Shown: in pieces, positions 48,501 to 59,276 of the stretch
How the letters are laid out: every line of letters starts with the position of its first letter
How positions within the stretch are numbered: position 1 is the first letter of the stretch
From: Ostreococcus lucimarinus
Taxonomy: Eukaryota
DNA: 64,000 nt
Direction: 5' to 3' (one strand)
Assembly: GCA_000092065.1 (NCBI GenBank)
Contig: CP000593.1
Translations under genes and position numbers: made by a program
The notes under the pieces: generated by a model
Told to the model about the DNA's origin: nothing
The model's database searches: none
The model's input: the letters and a program-made list of their open reading frames with translations, nothing else

Positions 48501-51500
48501 GTGGCGGTGGCGGAAGAGTTGCTCGCGTGCTCGCTGCCCGGTGGGGTGACGACGCGCGCGAGATTTGAGTGGAGGTACGGGAAGTGCGAGGAACGACACT
48601 GGGGCGACGTGTTCGCTCGATTCGCGGAGTACTTGACGCGCGAGGGTGTGCGCGCGATCGAAAATCGATGGATTCGCGATCGCGGCGACGATGCGTCGGA
48701 GCGAATCGAGGCGTTTGCGGCGGTGAATTGGATCATGGAGTTCATGCGAGAGATTGTAGAAAATTGCGGCGAATTGCCGTCGTTTGCGCACGGCGAGGCT
48801 ACGGCGTTGTTTTTGGAGTTCTTTGAAACGTGCGAGAGCGCGTTGCGGTTATTAGCGGCGGCGACGAGGCGATCCGTGGTTGGGCGAACGCCGCGTAACG
48901 CGTACTTTTCGTCGGACGTGTTTCAGCGGAGAGTGCGATTCATGCTTTCGAAGATTCACGCGCACATGCCGTTGAGCGCGGCGCACTTGAACGACGCCGA
49001 CGAGAACGAGTCGAAAGCCTGTGAAGTCGTTGCGCACGAGTTATTCGTTGCCGAAGACCGCGAAGAGGGAAGTGGTCCGTTAGATTGCACGCGATACGAG
49101 TTTACAGTCGACACGACGTCGAGTGGTAGCGATGAAATAGTCTTCAAGGCGTCTGGCCGACGGGGGCTCGACCCGTCCGAGATGCACCGGCCGTATAATC
49201 GCGCCTCGAGCCTTGAGTGCTTAATCGATGACTTTTCACGACCTCAAATGTTCGATCCGGGCAAAGAAATGGACTCTCTCAAAGACATCTCCGCGGCGTA
49301 TTTTGGTGTGTTGGCACAGTTGTGGAGCAAATCGCTGCAAAGGACGCGGGCGGGTCGCGAGAAGGCGGCGCGTCTTTCGATCCTCGCGCAGCAAATCAAC
49401 GTCCATCTAGGGAAAGGGGCGGAACCGAGCGATTTCGAGCTTTACGTTGAAGACGCGCAGACGACCGCAATCAAGCTGTTGGACTTGATGCAGGTAGATT
49501 TAGGAGTCACGCCGTCGTTGCTCCTACGACGAGACGCGACAACTTTGCTGAGCGCGTACACAAACGAACGCGCGAGCGGCTTTCAAGTTTGTCAAATCAT
49601 GAGACGGCCAGCCGGTCGAGGAGCGCTTAGTCAATGCGTATCAACGATGACGGCGGCGTTGCTTGCGCCGCTGTCATCAAGTGATGCGGAAATCGATTTC
49701 GACGTCGTTCGCGACGCGAGGTGTTTGATGCATCTTGTCGGGATTTTGAGCACAACAACGCCTGGGTGCACGGCGATAAGAGAGGCTGAGCTCCTTCCGC
49801 TTTTGATGTCAATTTTCAAGCTGGAGCGCCTCGAAGCGATCCCGGTGGTCGTGGACGTGGTGCATATCGTGGAATCGTATCTGGAGTTTCAACCCAACGC
49901 GGTCGTAGCGTTTAGAGAGTTGAACGGAACGGATTTGCTTTTGAAGCGCATGCGATACGAGTCCGTTACGGCGATCGAGGAGCTGCGGGCGTCGGGACAT
50001 CTCGATGACGTGGCGGATAGAAAACGAAAAATAGATAGTCTTTCTAGTTTAGAGGACGCCGAAACATCGCTCGCAGCGATGAAAAAGGCACCAAAGTACG
50101 TGAACTTTTATCGAAGAGTTTTGATCAAGGTTCTGATGCGAACATTGGCGTACACGAGTTTTGCGTACGGAGGAGCACGCATGCGAGTTCCCGGACTTTC
50201 GGATGGGACGTTGACTGATATCTTGGGAAGTGTATTGAAATACCCTCTCAAGTTTGGTCCTGGGGTGTCGTCGCTCACCGCGAATTTAGTGTGCGACGTC
50301 ATTCATAACGAGCCGACGTGTTACGCCACGCTAGACGAAGCCGGTATTGTGGACGCATTCCTGAAGTTTATCACTGAAACCATGTGGCCACTCGGCCGTA
50401 GTAAGGGTATGGCTAAAGTACTTTGCGCGATACCGACGACACTTAACGCGATATGTTTGAACGAGAAAGGGCAGGAAAAAGTGTTGAAGTCTTCGGCGTT
50501 GGTCTGCTTTCGAAAAATGTTTCAAGATAGTTCTTTCCCGTTGAACGCCGATACGTCGAGAATCGTCGGAACTGGGATCAACGAGACGCTGCGCCACATT
50601 CCAGCACTAAAAGACGTCAGTGTCGAAGTCTTGAACGACATATTGTCCGATCTCACGATACAACTTCGAAAGATATCAGATTCGGAGACGAATCTTGAGC
50701 ACGCGTTCGTCAACAAGGCAGTCGTCGAGCAAATGCCAATATCGAAAACGCTTCAAAATGTGGCGAGGTTCATGGATGGTATTTTGCAGACTTCGCATAT
50801 GTGCGCGCCGCTGGTTCAAGCTGGGGCTCTGGATTCCATGCTCAATATGTTGACATGCCCTCTTCCGGTTGAATTTTCGACATGTGCAAGCTACAACTCC
50901 ATCAGTGTCGCGTGCAAATCGCTCATTAACCCGCCGGATCCCAGCAACTCGTATGCCGGCGCGAACACGCCGAATCTGTCAGACGACGTGATTCTCGCGT
51001 GCACTACCGTCGTTGAAAAGTATATGGCCTCTGCTGTTGATATCGGTGTGCAGATTGAAGAGTTTTACGTCCACGAGCTCGACAAGACAGGTGATGACAT
51101 CGATAAATTAGCGACGTACGATATTTACAGCAAGACATTGAGCGAAAAGCACAAAGGTGACAAAGCAGCGTTGGACCGCGAAGTTCGGTTCTGTCGACAG
51201 ACAAAATCACTGTGCCAGCGCATGGCTGCGCACGAAAGGTTGTGTGAACTTCTCGCGACTCTCGTGCAGCAAGTTCCGGTGATGTCTGCTGCTATCATGA
51301 ATAAGCGACGTGACGATCCTCACGGCCCGATGATGGCCGAAAGCTTGTTCAACGCAGCGTTGGCGGCGTTCAATGAAGCGGTAAAGATTGAAGCGAAGCT
51401 TCGTTCACTCGCAGTGGAAATTCAAGCGGATGAAATGCCGTATTCACCGGTTTGGTGGCTGTACACTCGAGCGGATCTTTTTGTACGAGTTACAAGTGGT

Positions 51501-54500
51501 TTGTTTGCCGCGGTGGCAAAACTTTCGACAACGATGCGGCGACGTAAAGACTTGGGTCCAGAAGCTCAAAATTTCATCAAGCTTAGCGGAGAAGCAATAA
51601 TTGCAGTTGCGCGCGAGATGACCAAAGCGTTTACGTCTCGTGTCACCGCACAGGCTGAGCTACTTCCGCCGAGTCACGCATCGAATGCTAAGATGGATTT
51701 TGAACAGCGCTGCTCGCACAATTTCCTTGCGTTGATTTACGAATCATTCTTCGATGACAAGAGAAATTCACCGAACGGGGTCATGATCAACTACGCCGCT
51801 CGATGTGGGTTATTCGAGCAACTTTACACCCATTTTCAAGGCACGGTGGCTCTGACACAGAGTATATTAGAAACGTGCACCGGGGAAAAGGCTGAGCAAG
51901 GACATGTCGCAGCGGAATGTTACAGGACGTTGAGCTGCTTTGTGCGCATTTTCGTCTCTATATCCGACGTCAAATTGATGGCATCGAACAACTCGAATAA
52001 GCTCGCGCTTGGTACACGTCTTCCCGAACGCGTAGAAGATGATCCTATCTACGACAAGATGACAAAGTACACACATATTTCTGACGCGTTCACTAACTCA
52101 AGATCTGCCATGGACTGGATTCATTGCTCTCTAAATGAAGCGTTGAAGTGTATTTGGCGGCCAGAAACGGACATTTTTGCGTCCGTAGCGGCAGGTCATG
52201 TGGATTCCGACGCACTAGTGCAGTGTCTACTCAACATCATTAGTGGAACCGAACAAGCCGTCATGTCCGAGCAACGTCGTGCCGCGTCGGTACCGCGTGC
52301 TCCACCGCGCCCGCCGCCACGGCAGTTTGTTCCATCAGAGACGATGATAGATTCCATCGTTGAGATGGGATTCAGCAGAGGTCACGCGCATCACGCACTC
52401 GCAGCTGTGAATGGACAGAGTGTGGAGAGAGCGCTCGAGTACATGCTAACTCGACCAATGGAAGATGTGCCCGACGAAGCACCGACGGCGCCTTCAGAAC
52501 CTGCACCGTCAGAGTCTACTGCGCTAGAGGAGACGGCGGACGCTATGGAAACAGCTCCTGTTGCTTTCAATCACACGCACGCAGTCCAAGGTCGACTGCC
52601 TGCCATAAACGAGCTAGTTGCCGCGCTGTACGCCAATTTCCACATCAGTGCAGAGAAAGGTGCGACGCTTTTGCTCAAGGTTATTGAGAAACATGAGCTC
52701 ATGAGCGGCCTCAGTCGTGATGAGTGCATATACGCTCTCACGGACGAAGTCGTGCGCACGCGTACGCCGAAGATCGGTAGAGATGAGGTGTATGCGATCA
52801 AGCACTATGCGTTCGTTGAGGCGCTCGCTAGGCAAGGTGATGAAGTGTTAAGAAGAGCGCTATGGATAAAGGGTTCGGTAATTGATTCACAAGTCGAAAC
52901 ATTTATCGCCGAGGTCGACAAAATCTGCGCTGCACAAAAGACGGCCTCATTGGAGACGTTTTTAAAAGATGTGCCGTTGTCGTTTGTGCCTTTGGCAAAC
53001 TGCATCAATGCTGCGGCATGCCTGCAAAAGCATCGTGACTCCGACGCCAGTGCCAGAAATTACTCCAAGTTCGGTTTTCTGAACGACGGTCATAAGATTG
53101 CGTTGGCCGATGCGTGCGTCGAGTGCTTGATAGCAATCGTTAAAAATTCAGGCGAACTCGCGAGTGATTATGAATCGCACTCCGTCCAAGCCGTGATTCT
53201 TGATCTGCTAGCAAATCTATCACGTGACAACGTGATTGCGGATCGCATCGCTTCGAATTCATTCGCCGACAGCAAGGATGGAGCCGCAATATCTAAGAGA
53301 AGTTTTGCACACACGCTCTTTACATGCTTTTGGAACAACACCAACGACAGTGTTTCGGTCATTTTGAGGCACATGGTGAACGATCCCCGGACATTACAAT
53401 TCGCCATGGAGCTTGAAATTGTCAAGAGCATCACCAAGCCTCCGATGGGTAGAGACTCCAAGGTTGCACTCAAGACATTCTGCGTCGCCATGAAAAATAT
53501 AATTGAGCGAGATTTTGATTGCTTTGAAGCGGCATTCGCAAACGTCGCCGAAATCAGAACTATGGCGGATACACCGCTGAGTACACCTCGGGAGTACGTC
53601 ATCCCGACGGCTGAAGTGAAAGCAATGCAGTCGCTTCCAACCGTTCGATTGACAAAGAACTTAAGAATGGTCGTGGAAGTACTTGTTGCAGTAGCGACAG
53701 AGCCGATTCATCAAGCCCCATTGACGAAGCTCGAGCGACAAGCCGCAGCTTTCCGTCTGCTCACCGAATTGGTTGAGGTATATCCATCAAGTGTGAAGGC
53801 TTTGATGGATATGGACGACCAGACTGACATTTTCCGCAACATTCTTCGTTATCAACTGCCGTCGAGCAGAAGAAGTTCCTCAAGTGAACAGACGGGAGTT
53901 TGGTGCGGGTGCGAAAACGCGGCGTTCTTCCTCGCAACTTTATGCGTCAACAGCCAAAAAGCGCGAACGAAAATAATTGAGAAAATGCTTGTGCTTCTGA
54001 AGGAGCCGGACTTAACGCAAGAAACAGCTTCAACTTGCGCCGATAAAGGTGATTCTCTAGTTCCAAAGCACGCATTTGTGGATTTATTGCACTCTCTTAT
54101 GGATTACGGTTTGGCGCGTGGCTATCAGAGCGGTGAACGCATTCGCAATCGGGTAGTCTTTAATCTCCAACAAGGAGTTCTTAAGACGATGTACAGTCTA
54201 AAAGTCCCAGAGCGGATCATTGAACTCATTGAAGAGACAAACGTCGTTGGCGCTGCGCGCGAAAAACGTGGCAATCCAGGATTTCTTCGAGTAACGCTCG
54301 CAGTACTCGAAGCTCTAGTTGTTCGATCTACTAAGAGCAAACGCGAAAGCAGGCTTACTCGCATCGGTAACATGGTTCGTGCGGTAAACGCTGCACGGGT
54401 ACCCAGCGGTGAGGAAGTTGAAGAGAGACGCGCACTAACCGAGCAGATGCTCCAGAATTTGCTTGAACACGCTGCAGGAGGAAACATTCAAGTCGCTCGA

Positions 54501-57500
54501 CTCGAAGATGACCTCGACGGAATGCCAGAAATCGAAGGTGTTCATCCTGTATTCGGAGGAGACGATGGCGATGCCGACGGCATCGATGCAAATGATGGTC
54601 ACGAGAACTCGGACGATGATTCTGAGATGGAGGTTGACGACGACCACGACCACGATTCCGATGAAGCCAACGAAGAAGGAATGCACGAATCCTCAGACGA
54701 AGAACAATTGAGCGAATCGGGCGAATCAGGTGAATCAAGTGGAACGAGCGACTCAAGCGAAGAGGACTCTGAAGAGGAAGAAGAAGAAGATGATGAAGAA
54801 GGCGAAGAAGCCATGGCAGATGACTTTTACGGAAGCGACATGGATCACATCGATCCTGATCCTGGAAACGATGTCTTGGAAATGTCTGACGATGCTTTGT
54901 ATGACGAAGATGGTGAGGAGTTCGATTATGATGATGGCGGTGGTTCCGATGATGACGATGACGACGATGAAGAGGAAGGCGATTTTGAAGAACCTAGCTC
55001 GCCACAGTCATCATATACGTCGCCGTCTGGGGTACGCGTGCTGCCTCGCGCTACACATTCAGGCAGTCATGTTGAACGCACATCCAATCTTGGTTCGAGG
55101 GATCACATTTCTGTCTCGAGAGCCCAGGTTGAAGCATGGTTCGCCACAGATTACTCTAGCGTCATGTCAGGTGCCGATCCGAGAGTCGAGGCACAGACAG
55201 TTGGCGAACTGCAGATTGCAGGAGGGCAACGAGCACAAGTTTCCACAGAGGACGAAAGACAGCAGACACTCAGCGAATCTCGTTCTGAGGGACAACTACG
55301 GGGACATAATCGCGAGCACTCTCCTCGTTCTTCTTCTGTGAATGCTTCCGAACTCTTCAATCGTAGAGATGTGCCTTTTACTTCGTCTCTTCGTGAACAA
55401 ACACAAAGAATTGCACGCGCGACCCTGGGTGACCCTTCACTTCTTGCGAGAGGAAATCCTCCGGTGCATGGCAGTCCCTGGCACACGTGGTCGCAATCCG
55501 AAACGGGCGTTCCGCCTGCGTTGAACCACGAAGGCATTAACGTGCAAAGAGTCGGCACGAGTTTAAATATCACTCTCTCGACACCCATGGATTTTAGTTC
55601 GAGATCTCGCTCGTTGCACGACGTGCTCAATTCTATCAGCGGGGAAATGGCTCGCTTGGCCGTTCGTCCATCGCATTTAGAAATTTTGGATCCTTTATCG
55701 TCGGCAAAAGCAATCCTGTGGCTCGGGGATGGATCCTTTCAGGCAACAGCACCGGCTGAATTCAGCGTTCGGAATCAAACAATTTGGAGCCTTGATGGAA
55801 GGAATGCCCGAGCAAGTTTCTGGTCAAACGCAGTGTGCATGAGTATCGGCGAGTCTTTGGCGACTTCTGGTACTTTTTTGTCCCATTTGGACACCGCGGA
55901 ACTCGCGACATCGTCATTGGTTTCCAGTGAGCGAGACAAGGAAAACGTCAACGGAAATCTGGCAGAAATCGTGGACGAATCGCCCGAAGAGCGGACAGCG
56001 CGACAACGCCGAGAAGCGGCGGCACTGGACATAAGCGCAAATGAGCTCTCCATGGTTACAGAAGATTTACGAGATGGATTTTTGAATGCGAATAGACTAG
56101 TTGCCCGTGCGCGCGAGCAAGCACCGGAAGCTGCTAGCGACCTCAACTTGATCGGCGCTGAGTTTCTTAGCGCCATGCCAGCCGATATTCAGCGCGAGTT
56201 GATACAACGCACTACCTCCGGAGCAAACAGATTGTTGACGAGGATTCAGCATACCGAAGCCAGTCCTTCGGTATCCGCGCCTCGGCCTCGTGCAAATAGC
56301 CCAACAACTACAGTGATAGACACTGCGCCGTTGGAGATTGGAAATATGATGTTTGGTGAAGGCTGGGATGGCCGTCTAGACCGTCACGAGCAAATGTCAT
56401 GGAATGACATCGAGCGAATCCGTCAGTCGTCAACGCGCGACGCAGTCGCTCCAGAAGATTTCAAGCCGTTAAAAGTGAACGTCGAATTGCGCCATCAGCA
56501 TATTCGAACGTTGTTGCTTTTGTTCTTTGTTCAGACTATCGACTTAAAGGATACTGTGAACAAAATATGTGTAAACTTGTGCGTGGTGGACCAAAACCGC
56601 GAGTCAATTTTGCGCCAGATTATCGAAACTGTGATCATGAACACGATGGATCGTGCTGATCCTCGTTTCATCGAGTCCACTTTGAGTTCTCCTAACGCCA
56701 AGGGTCTTGAGCCAAGCGCGGCGATGGAAGTAGCCATGGCGCGCTCGCTGTGCGCGAATCTGAGCGAGCGTAACGGAGCACGCAAGGAGATGGTGACGAG
56801 ACGACTTTTGACGCTTCTGTCGCAACTCATTAGTCGAAACAGGCACGTACATGGGACATATCGCGTTCGTGGCGTTAATTTGACGTGCGTGAAACTTTTC
56901 TTTGCGAAGGATGAGGACGCAAGTATGGTAAACTTTCTCACAAATCAGAAGGAGAATGGCGAAGCTGTGTTGCGATCTGACGCTGGCGTGAGCACCGTGG
57001 ATATACCACTCCTTTCTTTCCTGGTCGGACTTCTCGCACACGCATCGCAATTTCATGACCAAAAGAATATTGAGCTGTGCGCGACGTGCACTGACGCTTA
57101 CCTCACAAAGTTTCTTGCGGCTACGCCCAAACCCAACATCGGGCCCAAAGGCTTGTCAACCGCCGCCACCCCTGAACTTTTGGCGAGTATAGCAAGCTTT
57201 CTCAAGGTTCCATATCTCGCCCCGAGTGCGTACGAGAAAATCAACACTATACTACAAAAAGTTTTAGGCGACTTCTTTGAAGAGGGATGCGACGCAGTCA
57301 TACTGAATCGATTCCATGCCGATGCCCTGCAGTGCTCGGTTGAAGCCATCGCGTGCTTGTCGAAGGCGTCGTCGATCAAGTACAGACCAAATGTCGATGA
57401 ACCATCCGCACGACACGTTGAGTACGCCGACTCGCGTCAATCCCTGAAAACGCATATTCCTTATTTGCGTCGCCTGACGGATTGTTTTCTTCAGGTTCTG

Positions 57501-59225
57501 ACGTACTTGGATGGAAAAGACAGCCGTTTCCAAAAAGCTTTCAAGGATAAAGCGAAGGAAGAGTTGATACGATATCATGATGCGCTCCGTCCGTTTTGGC
57601 AGATGATGAACGTCTATGCAAGTCTCATGCAAGACATTACTAGCGATGAAAGCGGTGATGCATCGATCCTGTGCGAACGCTCGCACGCTAGCGCCGCGCT
57701 GACTGAGGGTATAACGACGTACTTGATGATTGGAACGAGCCTCTATCCATACGTCGAAGGTGAAGTTTCGAAGAGCAGACGAGAATCCGGTGCGTTTCAG
57801 CTCCCTGCTCTCGCTGGTTCGATGAGAGCACCCTCGCCTGCGATGGGTATGCGAGCGTCGCATGCATCGCATGGGTCTTTGCATCGTACGTCGAGTCACA
57901 TGCTCGACGCACTTTCAAATTCTGGAGGGAAAAATGCGAAAGTCGCCGCCATATTGAGCGACATTTGGGCGTTTGTCGAGCAACACAGAAACATGCTCAA
58001 CGACATGCTGAAGCAACGCCCGCTGTTGCTTTCCGGACCCATGAAAATCCTGTTGAGCAATCCACGCTTGCTGGACTTCTCCGTCAAACGTGCGGAGATT
58101 CGGACACGAATCAAGAAACTTCGCGAACGCCTAGGACATAATCGTCCAGAGGCGCGAACGTTACACATTAGGCGTGATCGAATACTCGAAGACTCGTTTA
58201 GACAACTCAACAGCCGGAGTATCGAAGAAATTCGAGGCAAAATCAGCATCGTTTTCGTGGGCGAAGAAGGCATGGACGGTGGCGGTTTGATAAAGGAGTG
58301 GTTCACCATCTTGGCACGAGAAGTTTTCAATCCAAACATCGCTCTCTTCGAGTTGTCTCACGACAAGGGATGCTATCAGCCGAATCAAAACAGTGTGGTC
58401 CATCCGGATTATCTCAGCTATTTTAGATTCGTCGGTAGACTCGTCGGTAAGGCTTTGTTCGACGACATTCTCCTCAACGCATACTTCACGCGTCCGATTT
58501 ACAAGCACCTTCTCGGTCAGCAGCTCACATACGAAGACATGGAAGGTGTAGATCCAGATTATTACAAGAGCTTGAAATGGATGCTGGAGAACTCTGTGGA
58601 GGGTGTCATGGAATACACATTCAGCGACACAACGTCTTATTTTGGTGAAACTCAAGTTCACGATTTGACCGAAAACGGACGAAATATCGCAGTGACAGAT
58701 GCAAACAAGTTTGAATACGTCAACCTGATAACCGCGCACCGAATGACGAATGCGGTGAAGGACCAACTCGCTGCTCTCGTGAAGGGGTTTGAAGAAGTTG
58801 TCCCTAGAGAAACGATTTCCATCCTGAATGCGTCTGAATTGGAACTGCTCATAAGTGGTACCCCGGACATCGACGTCGAGGATTTACGCGCCAATACTGA
58901 ATACACCGGCTTCACCGTCGGGTCAAAACAAATTCAATGGTTTTGGGACGTCGTGAGGGAAATGAACAAGGAAGACTTGGCGCGCTTATTGATGTTTTGT
59001 ACCGGTACCTCTAAGGTTCCTTTGGATGGATTCGGTGCTTTGCAAGGCATGCAAGGCCCGCAACGTTTTCAAATCCATCGGCAGCACGCGGATGATTCAA
59101 AGTTGCCATCCGCACACACGTGCTTCAATCAACTCGATTTGCACGAATACAGCTCAAAGCAAATCTTACGCGACAGGCTGCTGTACGCGATTGTTGAAGG
59201 TTGTGAAGGCTTTGGCTTCATTTAG
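48501..59225 (+). CDS. Giant HECT-domain E3 ubiquitin ligase, HUWE1 / plant UPL1-UPL2 type (DUF908/DUF913 ARM-like N-terminus, UBA domain, long acidic tract, C-terminal HECT).
   Basis: Uninterrupted ORF of 3574 aa. N-terminal FEWRYGKCEERHWGDVFARFAEYL (DUF908-like). UBA (ETMIDSIVEMGFSRGHAHHALAAVNGQSVERALEYMLTRP). Acidic D/E/S tract around 54530-54990. Canonical HECT C-lobe (…FTVGSKQIQWFWDVVREMNKEDLARLLMFCTGTSKVPLDGFGALQGMQGPQRFQIHRQHADDSKLPSAHTCFNQLDLHEYSSKQILRDRLLYAIVEGCEGFGFI). Confidence 0.9.
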   Translation: MAVAEELLACSLPGGVTTRARFEWRYGKCEERHWGDVFARFAEYLTREGVRAIENRWIRDRGDDASERIEAFAAVNWIMEFMREIVENCGELPSFAHGEATALFLEFFETCESALRLLAAATRRSVVGRTPRNAYFSSDVFQRRVRFMLSKIHAHMPLSAAHLNDADENESKACEVVAHELFVAEDREEGSGPLDCTRYEFTVDTTSSGSDEIVFKASGRRGLDPSEMHRPYNRASSLECLIDDFSRPQMFDPGKEMDSLKDISAAYFGVLAQLWSKSLQRTRAGREKAARLSILAQQINVHLGKGAEPSDFELYVEDAQTTAIKLLDLMQVDLGVTPSLLLRRDATTLLSAYTNERASGFQVCQIMRRPAGRGALSQCVSTMTAALLAPLSSSDAEIDFDVVRDARCLMHLVGILSTTTPGCTAIREAELLPLLMSIFKLERLEAIPVVVDVVHIVESYLEFQPNAVVAFRELNGTDLLLKRMRYESVTAIEELRASGHLDDVADRKRKIDSLSSLEDAETSLAAMKKAPKYVNFYRRVLIKVLMRTLAYTSFAYGGARMRVPGLSDGTLTDILGSVLKYPLKFGPGVSSLTANLVCDVIHNEPTCYATLDEAGIVDAFLKFITETMWPLGRSKGMAKVLCAIPTTLNAICLNEKGQEKVLKSSALVCFRKMFQDSSFPLNADTSRIVGTGINETLRHIPALKDVSVEVLNDILSDLTIQLRKISDSETNLEHAFVNKAVVEQMPISKTLQNVARFMDGILQTSHMCAPLVQAGALDSMLNMLTCPLPVEFSTCASYNSISVACKSLINPPDPSNSYAGANTPNLSDDVILACTTVVEKYMASAVDIGVQIEEFYVHELDKTGDDIDKLATYDIYSKTLSEKHKGDKAALDREVRFCRQTKSLCQRMAAHERLCELLATLVQQVPVMSAAIMNKRRDDPHGPMMAESLFNAALAAFNEAVKIEAKLRSLAVEIQADEMPYSPVWWLYTRADLFVRVTSGLFAAVAKLSTTMRRRKDLGPEAQNFIKLSGEAIIAVAREMTKAFTSRVTAQAELLPPSHASNAKMDFEQRCSHNFLALIYESFFDDKRNSPNGVMINYAARCGLFEQLYTHFQGTVALTQSILETCTGEKAEQGHVAAECYRTLSCFVRIFVSISDVKLMASNNSNKLALGTRLPERVEDDPIYDKMTKYTHISDAFTNSRSAMDWIHCSLNEALKCIWRPETDIFASVAAGHVDSDALVQCLLNIISGTEQAVMSEQRRAASVPRAPPRPPPRQFVPSETMIDSIVEMGFSRGHAHHALAAVNGQSVERALEYMLTRPMEDVPDEAPTAPSEPAPSESTALEETADAMETAPVAFNHTHAVQGRLPAINELVAALYANFHISAEKGATLLLKVIEKHELMSGLSRDECIYALTDEVVRTRTPKIGRDEVYAIKHYAFVEALARQGDEVLRRALWIKGSVIDSQVETFIAEVDKICAAQKTASLETFLKDVPLSFVPLANCINAAACLQKHRDSDASARNYSKFGFLNDGHKIALADACVECLIAIVKNSGELASDYESHSVQAVILDLLANLSRDNVIADRIASNSFADSKDGAAISKRSFAHTLFTCFWNNTNDSVSVILRHMVNDPRTLQFAMELEIVKSITKPPMGRDSKVALKTFCVAMKNIIERDFDCFEAAFANVAEIRTMADTPLSTPREYVIPTAEVKAMQSLPTVRLTKNLRMVVEVLVAVATEPIHQAPLTKLERQAAAFRLLTELVEVYPSSVKALMDMDDQTDIFRNILRYQLPSSRRSSSSEQTGVWCGCENAAFFLATLCVNSQKARTKIIEKMLVLLKEPDLTQETASTCADKGDSLVPKHAFVDLLHSLMDYGLARGYQSGERIRNRVVFNLQQGVLKTMYSLKVPERIIELIEETNVVGAAREKRGNPGFLRVTLAVLEALVVRSTKSKRESRLTRIGNMVRAVNAARVPSGEEVEERRALTEQMLQNLLEHAAGGNIQVARLEDDLDGMPEIEGVHPVFGGDDGDADGIDANDGHENSDDDSEMEVDDDHDHDSDEANEEGMHESSDEEQLSESGESGESSGTSDSSEEDSEEEEEEDDEEGEEAMADDFYGSDMDHIDPDPGNDVLEMSDDALYDEDGEEFDYDDGGGSDDDDDDDEEEGDFEEPSSPQSSYTSPSGVRVLPRATHSGSHVERTSNLGSRDHISVSRAQVEAWFATDYSSVMSGADPRVEAQTVGELQIAGGQRAQVSTEDERQQTLSESRSEGQLRGHNREHSPRSSSVNASELFNRRDVPFTSSLREQTQRIARATLGDPSLLARGNPPVHGSPWHTWSQSETGVPPALNHEGINVQRVGTSLNITLSTPMDFSSRSRSLHDVLNSISGEMARLAVRPSHLEILDPLSSAKAILWLGDGSFQATAPAEFSVRNQTIWSLDGRNARASFWSNAVCMSIGESLATSGTFLSHLDTAELATSSLVSSERDKENVNGNLAEIVDESPEERTARQRREAAALDISANELSMVTEDLRDGFLNANRLVARAREQAPEAASDLNLIGAEFLSAMPADIQRELIQRTTSGANRLLTRIQHTEASPSVSAPRPRANSPTTTVIDTAPLEIGNMMFGEGWDGRLDRHEQMSWNDIERIRQSSTRDAVAPEDFKPLKVNVELRHQHIRTLLLLFFVQTIDLKDTVNKICVNLCVVDQNRESILRQIIETVIMNTMDRADPRFIESTLSSPNAKGLEPSAAMEVAMARSLCANLSERNGARKEMVTRRLLTLLSQLISRNRHVHGTYRVRGVNLTCVKLFFAKDEDASMVNFLTNQKENGEAVLRSDAGVSTVDIPLLSFLVGLLAHASQFHDQKNIELCATCTDAYLTKFLAATPKPNIGPKGLSTAATPELLASIASFLKVPYLAPSAYEKINTILQKVLGDFFEEGCDAVILNRFHADALQCSVEAIACLSKASSIKYRPNVDEPSARHVEYADSRQSLKTHIPYLRRLTDCFLQVLTYLDGKDSRFQKAFKDKAKEELIRYHDALRPFWQMMNVYASLMQDITSDESGDASILCERSHASAALTEGITTYLMIGTSLYPYVEGEVSKSRRESGAFQLPALAGSMRAPSPAMGMRASHASHGSLHRTSSHMLDALSNSGGKNAKVAAILSDIWAFVEQHRNMLNDMLKQRPLLLSGPMKILLSNPRLLDFSVKRAEIRTRIKKLRERLGHNRPEARTLHIRRDRILEDSFRQLNSRSIEEIRGKISIVFVGEEGMDGGGLIKEWFTILAREVFNPNIALFELSHDKGCYQPNQNSVVHPDYLSYFRFVGRLVGKALFDDILLNAYFTRPIYKHLLGQQLTYEDMEGVDPDYYKSLKWMLENSVEGVMEYTFSDTTSYFGETQVHDLTENGRNIAVTDANKFEYVNLITAHRMTNAVKDQLAALVKGFEEVVPRETISILNASELELLISGTPDIDVEDLRANTEYTGFTVGSKQIQWFWDVVREMNKEDLARLLMFCTGTSKVPLDGFGALQGMQGPQRFQIHRQHADDSKLPSAHTCFNQLDLHEYSSKQILRDRLLYAIVEGCEGFGFI

Positions 59226-59244
59226 ATTAGCGATTAACATAGAA

Positions 59245-59249
59245 TGTAA
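59245..59249 (+). promoter_or_regulatory. Candidate poly(A) signal TGTAA, about 20 nt downstream of the HECT E3 stop.
   Basis: AGAATGTAACAACAC after TAG 59223-59225. Confidence 0.3.
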
Positions 59250-59276
59250 CAACACTAAACATGGAATTTCAACTCT

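Noticed and set aside
47795-48745. Upstream 317 codons of the IDH track ORF (46478..48745).
   Set aside because: Ser/Pro/Arg low complexity with no similarity to IDH. Canonical IDH begins just after the Thr-rich presequence at the 47794 ATG.
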